From Pseudomonadota bacterium (GTDB taxonomy: Bacteria; Pseudomonadota; Gammaproteobacteria; JAKAQQ01): DNA of 64,000 bases. The first letter of the stretch is position 1; the number at the start of each line of letters is the position of its first letter. Made by a program: the position numbers and the translations under genes. Under the pieces are notes generated by a model, which was not told the origin of the DNA, made no database searches, and saw nothing but the letters and a program-made list of their open reading frames with translations. Positions 1 to 9,756 of the stretch are shown in pieces. The stretch lies in NCBI GenBank assembly GCA_027338645.1, contig DAHWSH010000011.1, positions 130,546 through 194,545 of the forward strand. Reading direction: 5' to 3'.

Positions 1-502
1 CTTGTCGAACGCCTCCCCTGCTGCGTCGTCACGCGTCGCCCCGAGTAGCCGATAGCAACCCAAGCCCTCCACTTGGACAAGCTCCGTATGACCTCCTGAA
101 ACCAGAAGTGCCACAAAGGGGAGCTCGGGTGGATCCGGCCCAAGCCCGGCAGAAAAGAGGTGGGCTTCAAGATGATGGATGCCGATCAGGGGAATCCCTA
201 GGGCATAGGCCAAACCGCGCCCGAAGGCTTGACCCACGTGCAGTGCACCAGGTAATCCAGGACCCTGGGTGACGGCCAAAGCCAAGAGGTCGGCCGCGGA
301 TAGGCCCGCCTGTCCAAGCAGCCTCTCTACGAGCGGCAGGAGGTACCGGCCGTGATCCCGGGACGCCAACTCCGGCACCACCCCACCATAACGGGCGTGA
401 ATGGCCGTTTGGCTATGCACCAAATGAGCCTTGAACCCATCCCCGCCATAAAGCGCAACGGCTGTCTCGTCGCAGGAGGTTTCCAAGGCAAGAAGGTACA
501 CG
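1..502 (-). CDS. tsaD: tRNA N6-adenosine threonylcarbamoyltransferase TsaD, N-terminal part (rest of gene lies before window start)
   Basis: Reverse translation of 1..502 reads (V/M)[19 protein letters not shown]...[17 protein letters not shown]...[15 protein letters not shown]...[14 protein letters not shown]...[10 protein letters not shown], the Kae1/TsaD signature. GTG start at 500..502. Not in the supplied ORF track because it lacks an in-window stop. Confidence 0.85.
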
Positions 503-586
503 AGGGCTCTTGGCTTCGTGGGTATTCTCGGGTAAAATACCACGTTCACCTTGAGCCAGCGCCAACCAGGAGAAAAACCGAGCCCC

Positions 587-802
587 ATGCCGACCATCCG
601 CGTCAAAGAAAACGAGCATTTCGACGCTGCCCTGCGGCGTTTCAAGCGAGCATGCGAAAAGGCCGGAATCCTCTCGGAACTCCGGCGCCGTGAGTTTTAC
701 GAGAAGCCGACCCAGGAACGCAAGCGGCGTCGTGCGGCTGCCGTCAAGCGCTATATCAAAAAAAATGCCCGTGACAGTGTACGGGCTCTGCGCGCGCACT
801 AA
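587..802 (+). CDS. rpsU: 30S ribosomal protein S21
   Basis: [59 protein letters not shown]. The track ORF 551..802 begins at TTG; the ATG at 587 has an AGGAGA Shine-Dalgarno site and matches the canonical 71-aa S21. Confidence 0.92.
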   Translation: MPTIRVKENEHFDAALRRFKRACEKAGILSELRRREFYEKPTQERKRRRAAAVKRYIKKNARDSVRALRAH

Positions 803-810
803 ATCCAGGC

Positions 811-1257
811 ATGTCTATCGCGTCTCAGCTGACCGACGATATCAAACAGGCACTGAAATCCCGGGATTCCCTCCGCCTGTCAACGCTTCGTTATGCCCTG
901 GCGGCCATCCGCCGTCGCGAGGTCGATGAAAGGAGGAGCCTCGAGGACACCGAAGTGATCCAAATCCTGACCAAACTCATCCACCAGCATGAAGAATCGG
1001 CAGAAGCTTTCCGAAAAGCCGGCCGTGAACCGCAAGCCCAGGCTGCAGAGGAGGAAATCCGGGTGGTTTCCTCCTACCTTCCACCCCGGCTGGAAAGAGC
1101 CGAACTCCTGGCTGTGATTGACCGGATCATTACTGAAACCCATGCCCAAAAGCCCCAAGATATCGGCCGCGTGATGGGCCGTCTCAAGGTGGAGCTCGCG
1201 GGCCGAGCCGATCTGGCCCAGGTCAGTGCCGAGGTCAAAACCCGGCTGACCGGCTAG
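811..1257 (+). CDS. GatB/YqeY domain protein
   Basis: 148 aa with helical GatB_YqeY-like sequence, sitting between rpsU and dnaG as in the classical rpsU-dnaG-rpoD operon. Confidence 0.75.
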   Translation: MSIASQLTDDIKQALKSRDSLRLSTLRYALAAIRRREVDERRSLEDTEVIQILTKLIHQHEESAEAFRKAGREPQAQAAEEEIRVVSSYLPPRLERAELLAVIDRIITETHAQKPQDIGRVMGRLKVELAGRADLAQVSAEVKTRLTG

Positions 1258-1283
1258 CCCTTCTCCTGCTTCTCTTTCAGGGA

Positions 1284-3005
1284 ATGAATCCAGGACGTAT
1301 CCCCCAGTCTTTCATTGACGATCTGCTAGCGCGGACCGACCTCGTGGCACTCGTGGGCGAAAGGGTCACACTCAAGAAAGCCGGCCGGGATTTCTCCGGC
1401 CGTTGTCCTTTCCACGAGGAACGGACACCGTCCTTCACGGTCAGTCCAGGAAAGCAGTTCTACCACTGTTTTGGTTGCGGAGCACATGGAAGTGCAATCG
1501 GTTTCCTCATGGCTTATGACCGCTCCAGTTTTCCGGAAGCGGTCGAGGCACTCGCTGCCCGTCTGGGACTCGAAATACCTGAACGTGCTGCGGCAGATAC
1601 GGATCCACTCCGCTCGGCTGCCCTCTCGTTGACCGAGGAAGTAACCCGCGAGTTTGAAGCCGCGCTTGCGGTTTCCGATACCGCCCGCGCCTATCTCGAT
1701 AAGCGCGGAGTCCATCCAGAGATGGCCCGCCGGTTCCGTCTGGGATATGCCCCCCCGGGCTCCCCACTTCTCAACCGATGGAAACTCGACGGTGAGCGAA
1801 CCCAACTCCTCAAACTTCTTGGCCTGGTATCCGAACGCTCAGATCGATTCCGCAACCGGCTCATGTTTCCGATCCGGAACCTACGCGGGGAAGTCATTGG
1901 ATTCGGGGGACGTACGTTGGACCAGGAAACCCCGAAATACCTGAACTCGCCGGAATCCCTCCTTTTCCACAAGGGACGGGAACTTTACGGGTGGTACGAA
2001 GCCCGTCAAATATCCGGACGACCCGACCGACTGATTCTGGTTGAAGGTTACCTGGATGCAATTGCCTTGTCGCAAGCGGGTTTCCCGGAAACCGTGGCCA
2101 CACTGGGGACCTCACTCACCACCGATCAGCTGCAAAAATTGGTTCGCCACACTCCGGAAATCATCTTCTGTTTTGATGGGGACGCCGCTGGCCGGCGTGC
2201 ATCGTACCGTACCCTCGAACTGGTTTTGCCCCTGGCCCGAGCCGGACGTCATTTCCGCTTTGTCGGTCTCCCCGCGAACCAGGACCCGGACAGCTTTGTC
2301 CGGGAAGAGGGCGCAGACGGGTTCCGTCTGCGTCTTGAGCGGGGGCACCAACTGTCGGAATCGGTACGATATGCTCTCGAGAAACGCTTCGCAGGAAACG
2401 GAGTGGAAGCCCGTGCCAGCCTGGCGGCAGAGGCCAAACGGCTTCTCCTACTGATCGAAGATCCCGTCTATCGCGAATTGTTACGGGAAGAGCTGGCCAA
2501 GTACTTCAAGCTGGGCCAAGTACTCCCCCAGCCAGCCTCCGAAGGACGGCCTGAGAGCACCCCCTCAAAAATGGGCTCGCGGATCCCAGTCGGACGCGGC
2601 GGAATTGTGCGACAACTGTTCCTACATCTCCTGCACCAACCCGACCTCATTGCCCTCCTCCCTGCCGAACCCGAACTCGAGGAGATTGGGCTACCGGGCC
2701 TTGAACATGTGAAAAACCTCCAATCCGCCGCCAAGAACCACGAAAATCTCACCACCGGCCATCTGCTTGAGATTTTCCGTGACAGCCCGACCGGTGCCCT
2801 CATAGAACGGTTACTCGGGCAGGCCCCTCTCCTCGATGCCGAGGCCAACCGGACCGAAACCTTGGGACTGATCGGGAGGATCCGGACACAAGCCACAACT
2901 CAAAGGCGCCTGAAGATCCTTCTCGAACTATCACGGACGAGAACCCTTTCGAGCAAAGAAAAAAAGGAAATTCAGCTACTTGAGTCGAAACTGAAGACTC
3001 CCTAG
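1284..3005 (+). CDS. dnaG: DNA primase
   Basis: 573 aa. N-terminal zinc-ribbon CPFHEERTPSFTVSPGKQFYHCFGCGAHG, TOPRIM EGYLDAIAL...FDGDAAG, and a C-terminal helicase-interaction domain. Confidence 0.96.
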   Translation: MNPGRIPQSFIDDLLARTDLVALVGERVTLKKAGRDFSGRCPFHEERTPSFTVSPGKQFYHCFGCGAHGSAIGFLMAYDRSSFPEAVEALAARLGLEIPERAAADTDPLRSAALSLTEEVTREFEAALAVSDTARAYLDKRGVHPEMARRFRLGYAPPGSPLLNRWKLDGERTQLLKLLGLVSERSDRFRNRLMFPIRNLRGEVIGFGGRTLDQETPKYLNSPESLLFHKGRELYGWYEARQISGRPDRLILVEGYLDAIALSQAGFPETVATLGTSLTTDQLQKLVRHTPEIIFCFDGDAAGRRASYRTLELVLPLARAGRHFRFVGLPANQDPDSFVREEGADGFRLRLERGHQLSESVRYALEKRFAGNGVEARASLAAEAKRLLLLIEDPVYRELLREELAKYFKLGQVLPQPASEGRPESTPSKMGSRIPVGRGGIVRQLFLHLLHQPDLIALLPAEPELEEIGLPGLEHVKNLQSAAKNHENLTTGHLLEIFRDSPTGALIERLLGQAPLLDAEANRTETLGLIGRIRTQATTQRRLKILLELSRTRTLSSKEKKEIQLLESKLKTP

Positions 3006-3013
3006 CCGCTCTA

Positions 3014-3090
3014 GGCCCGTGGCACTGGGCCCATGATCAGTCGAACCGGACGGATGGGTTATAATTAGCAGTTCCACCCGGCCACCGGGT
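3014..3090 (+). promoter_or_regulatory. dnaG-rpoD intergenic hairpins and a perfect TATAAT -10 hexamer
   Basis: GGCCCgtggcactGGGCC (3014..3031), TATAAT (3060..3065), CCCGGccaCCGGGttt (3077..3092). Candidate attenuator/processing structures and internal rpoD promoter, as described for the E. coli MMS operon. Confidence 0.25.
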
Positions 3091-3121
3091 TTGCCACCCC
3101 AACCTTCAGGTATCACCGCCC

Positions 3122-4993
3122 ATGAGTGAGAGTGAAGACCGGAACATCCAGCTCCGCCAGCTCATCGCCAAAGGCAAGGAGCAAGGCTATCTGACCTACA
3201 GCGAGGTCAACGATTTCCTGCCCCGGGACATTGTCGACGCTGAACAACTGGATGAAATTATTTCAGTTATCAATGATATGGGAATCATGGTCCATGATTC
3301 CCCCCCCGACGCAGCTCTCGAACTCCTCCTCCTGTCAGACCATCAAGTCAACGAGGACGACGAGGCCATGGAAGAGGCGGCTGCCGCATTGGCTTCGGTC
3401 GATTCAGCATACGGCAGAACCACCGATCCCGTTCGCATGTATATGCGCGAGATGGGCCAGGTCGATCTCTTGACCCGCGAGGGTGAAATCGGAATTGCCA
3501 AACGCATCGAGGAAGGTCTGAACCAGAAATACGCAGCCCTCGCCACATTTCCCGGAGCGATCAGCCGCTTCATCGAGGAATACCAGCAGGTCGAAGCGGG
3601 CCAGATCAAGCTCGGAGAATTGATCCAGGGATTTCGGGACCCCGTAAGCGGCGCTCCTCTATCCGACGATCATGCGGAACCTATTGCACTCATGGAGATC
3701 GGTGCTGAAACTGCCGGCCCTAGTGAAGAAACGGACGAGGAAGACCTGGATCCGGGTGTCTCGGAAGATGATCTTCCGGTCCTGGGTCCCAACCCAGAGC
3801 TGGCTGCGGAAATGGTCCGTGTGCTCGAAAAAGCCCATCTCCGATCCTCCCGCGCATTGACCAAGAAGCGCGATGAACGCTCCCTACGGACACTCGCCCA
3901 AACCGCGCTCGAACTGCAGCGCTTGCGACTCACTCCTAGAACCATGGATCTCCTAACACGCACCCTGAAGGAAACCATCAATACGATCCGCCAGATCGAG
4001 CGGGAGATCATGCGGTTTTGTGTCGACCAAGCAGGCATGCCCAAACGAGATTTTATCAAGACGTTCCCGCAGCGTGAAACCGCGCTCAACTGGATCGATC
4101 CCCATATCCGTGCCAAGCGAAAATGGTCGGCGGCTCTGCGAGAAGTCCGTCCTGAAGTCCACAAGCTCCAGGAACTATTGATCGCTCTGGAAGAGACCCA
4201 TCACCTCAAGATTGCCGATATCAAGGAAATTTACCGGCAGATGATGATGGGCGAAACCAGGGCTCGGCGGGCTAAAAAGGAAATGGTCGAAGCCAACCTG
4301 CGTCTTGTGATTTCGATTGCAAAAAAGTACACCAACCGCGGGCTCCAGTTTCTAGACCTGATTCAGGAAGGCAATATCGGACTGATGAAGGCGGTCGACA
4401 AATTTGAGTACCGTCGTGGCTACAAATTTTCGACCTACGCGACTTGGTGGATTCGTCAGGCTATCACGCGGTCCATCGCGGACCAGGCCCGGACGATCCG
4501 TATCCCGGTTCACATGATCGAGACGATTAACAAACTCAACCGGATTTCCCGCCAGTTGCTGCAAGAAAAAGGGCGCGAACCCACCCCGGAAGAGTTGGCT
4601 AAACGCATGGATATGCCGGAAGACAAGGTTCGAAAAGTCATGCGAATTGCCAAGGAGCCGATCTCTATGGAAACCCCGGTGAGTGATGATGAAGACTCCC
4701 ACCTTGGGGATTTCATTGAGGATGTCAATATGCCAGCCCCGATCGAGCAGGCGACCACGGACAGCCTTCGAAACACGACCCACTCCGTGCTAGCCACCCT
4801 GACCCCGCGCGAAGCCAAGGTGCTCCGGATGCGCTTCGGAATCGACATGAACACCGACCATACCCTCGAGGAAGTGGGGCGGCAATTCGATGTCACGCGC
4901 GAGCGGATCCGGCAGATCGAAGCCAAGGCACTCCGGAAACTCAGACATCCCTCGCGGGCATCGCGCCTCAAAAGCTTCATCGAGGAGTTTTGA
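3122..4993 (+). CDS. rpoD: RNA polymerase sigma-70 factor RpoD
   Basis: 623 aa. Acidic region 1.1, conserved region 2 ([32 protein letters not shown]) and region 4 ([15 protein letters not shown]...[30 protein letters not shown]). Confidence 0.98.
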   Translation: MSESEDRNIQLRQLIAKGKEQGYLTYSEVNDFLPRDIVDAEQLDEIISVINDMGIMVHDSPPDAALELLLLSDHQVNEDDEAMEEAAAALASVDSAYGRTTDPVRMYMREMGQVDLLTREGEIGIAKRIEEGLNQKYAALATFPGAISRFIEEYQQVEAGQIKLGELIQGFRDPVSGAPLSDDHAEPIALMEIGAETAGPSEETDEEDLDPGVSEDDLPVLGPNPELAAEMVRVLEKAHLRSSRALTKKRDERSLRTLAQTALELQRLRLTPRTMDLLTRTLKETINTIRQIEREIMRFCVDQAGMPKRDFIKTFPQRETALNWIDPHIRAKRKWSAALREVRPEVHKLQELLIALEETHHLKIADIKEIYRQMMMGETRARRAKKEMVEANLRLVISIAKKYTNRGLQFLDLIQEGNIGLMKAVDKFEYRRGYKFSTYATWWIRQAITRSIADQARTIRIPVHMIETINKLNRISRQLLQEKGREPTPEELAKRMDMPEDKVRKVMRIAKEPISMETPVSDDEDSHLGDFIEDVNMPAPIEQATTDSLRNTTHSVLATLTPREAKVLRMRFGIDMNTDHTLEEVGRQFDVTRERIRQIEAKALRKLRHPSRASRLKSFIEEF

Positions 4994-5696
4994 GACTGAC
5001 CTTTCCGGTTCGCCTGGAGGCTGCTTCACGAACCCTGATCATCAGACCGGAAATCTCTTCCCTTCGACGGGGGATACCCGGCCTAAATCTCTCGCCATAC
5101 AGGAAGGCGCCGTCCTGTTTCCAGGTCGGGCCTTGAACCTCGAAGATACCCTGATGGACGAAGTCCATACGATCCTGTCACGGGCCCCGTTCCGGTGCAT
5201 GGAAACACCCGGAGGACGACGCATGTCGGTCATCATGAGCAACTGCGGCACAACCGGCTGGACCAGTGACCAGAGGGGCTACCGGTACGTAGACCGGGAT
5301 CCGCTAACCGGCAAGCCATGGCCCCTTCTGCCGGAAACCTTCCGGGAGCTGGCCGAAGGGGCAGCGGACTGTGCGGGGTTCCCCGGCTTTTACCCCGATG
5401 TCTGCCTCATCAATGGCTACCGGCCAGGCAGCCAACTCTCACTCCACCAGGATCGTGACGAACAGGACGGATCCGCACCGATCGTCTCGATCTCTCTCGG
5501 GCTACCCGCGACCTTCCTCTTCGGTGGTTCACGGCGAAATGATCCGGTGCTGCGCATCCCCCTCTACCATGGGGACATCTTGGTTTGGGGAGGTCCTTCA
5601 CGGTATGCTTTCCACGGCATCGCCCGGCTGGCCTCTGGTCACCATCCCTTGACCGGACCCATGCGCCTTAACCTGACCTTCCGAAAGGCACTTTGA
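4890..5696 (+). CDS. alkB: Alpha-ketoglutarate/Fe(II)-dependent dioxygenase AlkB family; start uncertain
   Basis: AlkB homology ([23 protein letters not shown]...[11 protein letters not shown]...[20 protein letters not shown]...[17 protein letters not shown]...HGDILVWGG...HGI) already begins near 5088. The only canonical in-frame start upstream of that is ATG 4890, which overlaps the rpoD 3' end by 104 nt; the next ATG (5154) would delete conserved N-terminal residues. Confidence 0.75.
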   Translation: MSRASGSGRSKPRHSGNSDIPRGHRASKASSRSFETDLSGSPGGCFTNPDHQTGNLFPSTGDTRPKSLAIQEGAVLFPGRALNLEDTLMDEVHTILSRAPFRCMETPGGRRMSVIMSNCGTTGWTSDQRGYRYVDRDPLTGKPWPLLPETFRELAEGAADCAGFPGFYPDVCLINGYRPGSQLSLHQDRDEQDGSAPIVSISLGLPATFLFGGSRRNDPVLRIPLYHGDILVWGGPSRYAFHGIARLASGHHPLTGPMRLNLTFRKAL

Positions 5697-5770
5697 CTGC
5701 GGACCCGCGCACCTCTGTGGGTGATCCTCTAGGGGGCCCGATATTTTAGCGGGTTTGCCGGATACTCAAA

Positions 5771-6952
5771 CTAAAACAGGAAGCCCGTTTCGAAAAGGAT
5801 ACGGGCCTGGTTCGCGCTGTTCCCGTGAGAACCGAAAACGTCACCCGGCACTCCATCCAGAACACGAACGAAGGAAAACTCGGCCCGGGCAAAAAATCCC
5901 CCATCCTGCCAGGTGGGCGTGAAAGTCAGGGACCAGGCCTGACTTCCGGGACCATACAGGAGATTCGCAGCTCCATCCTGGGCATTCCCAGTGCTGGCGA
6001 TATACTCGACACGCCCAGCCAGAGAAAACCCAGAGGCAATCCGCTTGCTCGCAAGCAGGGCAACCCCACGGGTTGCGGTTCCCCTGCGAATACCGATCAA
6101 TGGATCCACCGGAACGAATGTGTACTGGAAATAGGGTTGGATGACCCAGGATCCCGAGCTATACGTATAAAGCAGGCTATAGAGGCCGCTATTGTTCTGG
6201 TCTAGTGGAGTCGCCGGACTGGAATAATCCGTTCGGCCGACATGGCCCATCGCGACAAAACTCAGGCTACTCGCCGGATTGATGGTGTAGGAGAGCGCTC
6301 CCGAAATCCAGTTGTATCGGTTCGAATAAAACCCGTCTCCCCATTGTAGTGACGCGGCGAAGGGTCCCACATTGTAGTTGAGCTGGACTCCGCGTTCGAT
6401 CGCGTTCTCCTGGTTCCAGAGCAGGCCGCGCTCAATATTCATATTTTCAAAGCTAAAGGTGTACTCGGCGCCGATTAACGTTGGCAGCTTTCCGGCTTCG
6501 ATTGAGAAATTCCGAGACGGAACGACTTTCATGAAAGCCTGCGGAAGGGCTCCGTAATACTCGCTGACCGTATTACCCGTGGAAAGAAGTGGTGTCCCAA
6601 GCGCAGGCAAATTGTACGCGCCCGCCTGAAGAAAGAATTGGACCCAGCCATGGGTCTTCTGGATAAAAATCTGGGCATTACTGATATCGGCACGAAATGA
6701 CTGATCGCCCGGAACCGTATGGTTCTGCCAGGCACCGAGACCACTCATGACCCCTGTGATGTCGAGCTGGCCGAGAGGTCCTGCACTAAAACGGAATGGA
6801 GCCAGTGAGGTCAGAGGACCACTCATCGCAGGCATGGGTAATGGGGACGCGGAGGTACGTGAAGCCCAAGTCAGACTTCCCATCAACAATATGGACAGGA
6901 TCCTGCACCAGCTGGGGCAACGCCTGACTCCGCTGCATACACGTGCGGTCAT
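5771..6952 (-). CDS. Outer-membrane beta-barrel porin (putative)
   Basis: Signal-peptide-like N-terminus from the internal M (MTARV...ILSILLMGSLTWA), alternating amphipathic beta-strand composition rich in Y/G/N/S, and a C-terminal ...FETGFLF ending in Phe typical of OMPs. Track ORF 5771..7015. Confidence 0.55.
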   Translation of the reverse strand: MTARVCSGVRRCPSWCRILSILLMGSLTWASRTSASPLPMPAMSGPLTSLAPFRFSAGPLGQLDITGVMSGLGAWQNHTVPGDQSFRADISNAQIFIQKTHGWVQFFLQAGAYNLPALGTPLLSTGNTVSEYYGALPQAFMKVVPSRNFSIEAGKLPTLIGAEYTFSFENMNIERGLLWNQENAIERGVQLNYNVGPFAASLQWGDGFYSNRYNWISGALSYTINPASSLSFVAMGHVGRTDYSSPATPLDQNNSGLYSLLYTYSSGSWVIQPYFQYTFVPVDPLIGIRRGTATRGVALLASKRIASGFSLAGRVEYIASTGNAQDGAANLLYGPGSQAWSLTFTPTWQDGGFFARAEFSFVRVLDGVPGDVFGSHGNSANQARILFETGFLF

Positions 6953-7045
6953 GGACGCCCCGAGGGCAATTTGGACATCGGGATCTCCCCCCTTGGCAGG
7001 TTTCTGTGAATCCAAACCCTGATGACGGTTGAGTACCGGTCGAAC

Positions 7046-7666
7046 TTATCTCAACCCACCCAATGGCAGGCCTCCCCCATTAGGCGGTTCCGAGGAATAA
7101 ATCCGGTATAGGGCCAAGTTGAGCCGAACGACGTCCACGACCTGCTCTCCGGTGATCCCTCCAAAGGGCTCGACCATATGGCTCCGAATCAGCCCCCGCA
7201 CGACAATTGGAGAGATCCCACCCGTACGCGCGACTCGGGGCAACTGATAGAGTGCCGCCGCAAGGCTGATATCCGGATCAAGACCACTCCCAGAAGAAGT
7301 CACGAGATCGATAGGAATCGACTCTTGAATTCCGGGATCCGCCCTCCGGAGACGCCTGATCCGATCCTCGACGTGCTTCACGAGCTCAGGATTGTCCGGC
7401 CCCAGATTGGACGCGCCTGAAGCAGCAGCGTTATCGGGAAAGTATGGGGTCGCGGAAGGTCGCCCCCAGAAGTAGCGTCGCCCGTGAAAATACTGACCGA
7501 TCAGTGCGGATCCCACAATCTGCCCATGGATCCTGACCAGGGAGCCGTTGACCTGGTGAGGAAATACGGTTTGCCCGATTCCGGTCATAGCCAATGGGTA
7601 GATGCAACCGGTCAGCCCGGTGAGGAAGAGGAAAAGCAACAGGGAGGACTTGAAATCTTTGAGCAT
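7046..7666 (-). CDS. kdpC: Potassium-transporting ATPase subunit KdpC
   Basis: 206 aa; N-terminal transmembrane helix, NGSLV...GSALIGQ.F....YF.GRPSAT and LVTSSGSGLDP motifs of KdpC. Confidence 0.9.
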   Translation of the reverse strand: MLKDFKSSLLLFLFLTGLTGCIYPLAMTGIGQTVFPHQVNGSLVRIHGQIVGSALIGQYFHGRRYFWGRPSATPYFPDNAAASGASNLGPDNPELVKHVEDRIRRLRRADPGIQESIPIDLVTSSGSGLDPDISLAAALYQLPRVARTGGISPIVVRGLIRSHMVEPFGGITGEQVVDVVRLNLALYRIYSSEPPNGGGLPLGGLR

Positions 7667-7680
7667 GAACGATCGTCTCC

Positions 7681-9747
7681 TTAGAGGAGTGTCAGCAACA
7701 GATCAATCAGCTTGATGCCGATAAACGGGGCGATGATTCCCCCCAGACCGTAGATCCAGACGTTACGCCGGAGAATGCGCTGGGCAGAATCCGCCCTAAA
7801 CTTGATCCCCTTCAGCGCCAAAGGGATCAGCAGGGGAATGATGAGGGCATTGAAAATCACTGCAGCCAAGATCGCGTGTTGGGGTGAACTCAAGTCCATG
7901 ATGTTGAGCGCTTCCAGTTGAGGGTAGATGGATACAAACGCAGCCGGGATAATGGCAAAATATTTGGCCACATCATTGGCTACGCTGAATGTGGTGAGGG
8001 CACCCCGAGTCATTAGGAGCTGCTTCCCGATCTGGACGATTTCGAGAAGCTTCGTCGGGTTTGAATCCAAGTCCACCATGTTGGCCGCCTCGCGGGCGGC
8101 TTGGGTACCACTGGCCATGCACAACCCGACATCGGCCTGGGCCAATGCTGGCGCGTCATTGGTCCCGTCGCCGGTCATGGCCAGCATATAGCCCTCTCCC
8201 TGATACTTCCGAATACAGGATAGCTTGGTCTCTGGCTTGGCCTCCGCGAGGAAGTCATCCACACCGGCTTCTGCGGCAATGGAGGCAGCTGTTAGGGGAT
8301 TATCCCCCGTGATCATGATCGTGCGGATCCCCATTTCACGTAACTCGGCAAAGCGTGCCTTGATGTCACCCTTGACGATATCCTTGAGCTCCACGACTCC
8401 CAAGCTTTGCTGATTTTCGCAAACCACGAGCGGGGTCGCACCCCGACTGGCAATTTTCTCAATACTGACGGCCAGATCATCAGGCCAGGATCCCTCCTGT
8501 AAGTTTACCCATGCCCTCATCGCATCTGGCGCGCCCTTGCGTAGTCGGACCCCTGCCCAGTCCACCCCGCTCATGCGGGATTCCGCACTGAACGCAATCT
8601 GCTTCGCATTGTCCGGTAACGGATCTTCGTGACCAGGAAATTTCCCGTGCGCCAGGGCTACAATGCTTTTCCCCTCCGGAGTATCATCCGCCACTGAGGC
8701 CCGTCTCGCTGCGGTGGCCAACCGCTCCTCGGTGACACCATCAACGGGGTGAAATGCAGTGGCTTCTCGATTGCCAAAGGTAATGGTTCCTGTCTTGTCG
8801 AGCAGCAGGATGTCGACATCCCCGGCTGCTTCGATCGAACGTCCAGATGTGGCGACGACATTAGCGCGTAACAATCGCATGATTCCAGCTATCCCAATCG
8901 CGGGGAGAAGAGCGCCAATAGTCGTCGGGATGAGACAAACCAAGAGCGCAACCAAAACGGTAATACTGATGACCTGGCCTGAATGGGCCGCATAGTGAAC
9001 GCTGTACCAAGAGAAGGGGTAGAGACTCAGCGTCACCACCAGAAACACGAGGGTCAAAACGGCTAGAAGGATGCTCAGCGCAATTTCATTGGGCGTCTTG
9101 CGGCGTGAGGCACCCTCCACCATGGCGATCATTCGGTCCAAGAAGGAATTCCCTGACTCTCCAGTCACTCGAACGATTAGCCAGTCGGAAATCACGCGTG
9201 TACCGCCGGTTACGGCGCTGTGATCTCCTCCCCCTTCACGAATCACCGGGGCGCTTTCACCGGTGATTGCGCTCTCATCCACGGCAGCCACGCCCAGCAC
9301 GGCCTCTCCATCAGCAGGGAGAATATCACCTGCCTCGACGAGTATGAAATCCCCTTTTTTCAGGCTGGCTCCTGCAACTTCCTGGCGAGACGCCCCCAAG
9401 GCGGGTTGAGTGAGCTTCTTGGCCCGTACTTCCTGCCGGGCCTGCCTCAGACTGTTAGCCTGTGCCTGACCTTGCCGTTCAGCCAGAGCCTCGGCAAAAT
9501 TGGCAAACAAAAGGGTCAACCACAACCAGAGGTCGATGACGCCAGTGAACAGGGCCGTGGAGGAATGTCCTCCGAGATCACGAATAAAAAGCGCAAAAAG
9601 CAGCCAAGAGCCGATATAGACGACGAACATCACCGGGTTGTGCCACTGCTTCCAAGGGGTCAGCATGCGTACACTATCGGCCAAAGCTACCCGGATTTGC
9701 GGTTTCCAGTCCATTCGTGTATTCTGCTCAGTTCGCATTGAATTCAT
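7681..9747 (-). CDS. kdpB: Potassium-transporting P-type ATPase subunit KdpB
   Basis: 688 aa; DKTGTIT phosphorylation motif, [18 protein letters not shown] hinge, and collinear with E. coli KdpB throughout. Confidence 0.96.
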   Translation of the reverse strand: MNSMRTEQNTRMDWKPQIRVALADSVRMLTPWKQWHNPVMFVVYIGSWLLFALFIRDLGGHSSTALFTGVIDLWLWLTLLFANFAEALAERQGQAQANSLRQARQEVRAKKLTQPALGASRQEVAGASLKKGDFILVEAGDILPADGEAVLGVAAVDESAITGESAPVIREGGGDHSAVTGGTRVISDWLIVRVTGESGNSFLDRMIAMVEGASRRKTPNEIALSILLAVLTLVFLVVTLSLYPFSWYSVHYAAHSGQVISITVLVALLVCLIPTTIGALLPAIGIAGIMRLLRANVVATSGRSIEAAGDVDILLLDKTGTITFGNREATAFHPVDGVTEERLATAARRASVADDTPEGKSIVALAHGKFPGHEDPLPDNAKQIAFSAESRMSGVDWAGVRLRKGAPDAMRAWVNLQEGSWPDDLAVSIEKIASRGATPLVVCENQQSLGVVELKDIVKGDIKARFAELREMGIRTIMITGDNPLTAASIAAEAGVDDFLAEAKPETKLSCIRKYQGEGYMLAMTGDGTNDAPALAQADVGLCMASGTQAAREAANMVDLDSNPTKLLEIVQIGKQLLMTRGALTTFSVANDVAKYFAIIPAAFVSIYPQLEALNIMDLSSPQHAILAAVIFNALIIPLLIPLALKGIKFRADSAQRILRRNVWIYGLGGIIAPFIGIKLIDLLLTLL

Positions 9748-9756
9748 CGACTAACC

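Noticed and set aside
5697-5770. Possible bidirectional terminator between convergent alkB and the porin gene (gcCCGatattttagCGGGtttg)
   Set aside because: The stem is only 4 bp with a 10-nt loop; too weak to call without folding energy calculations.
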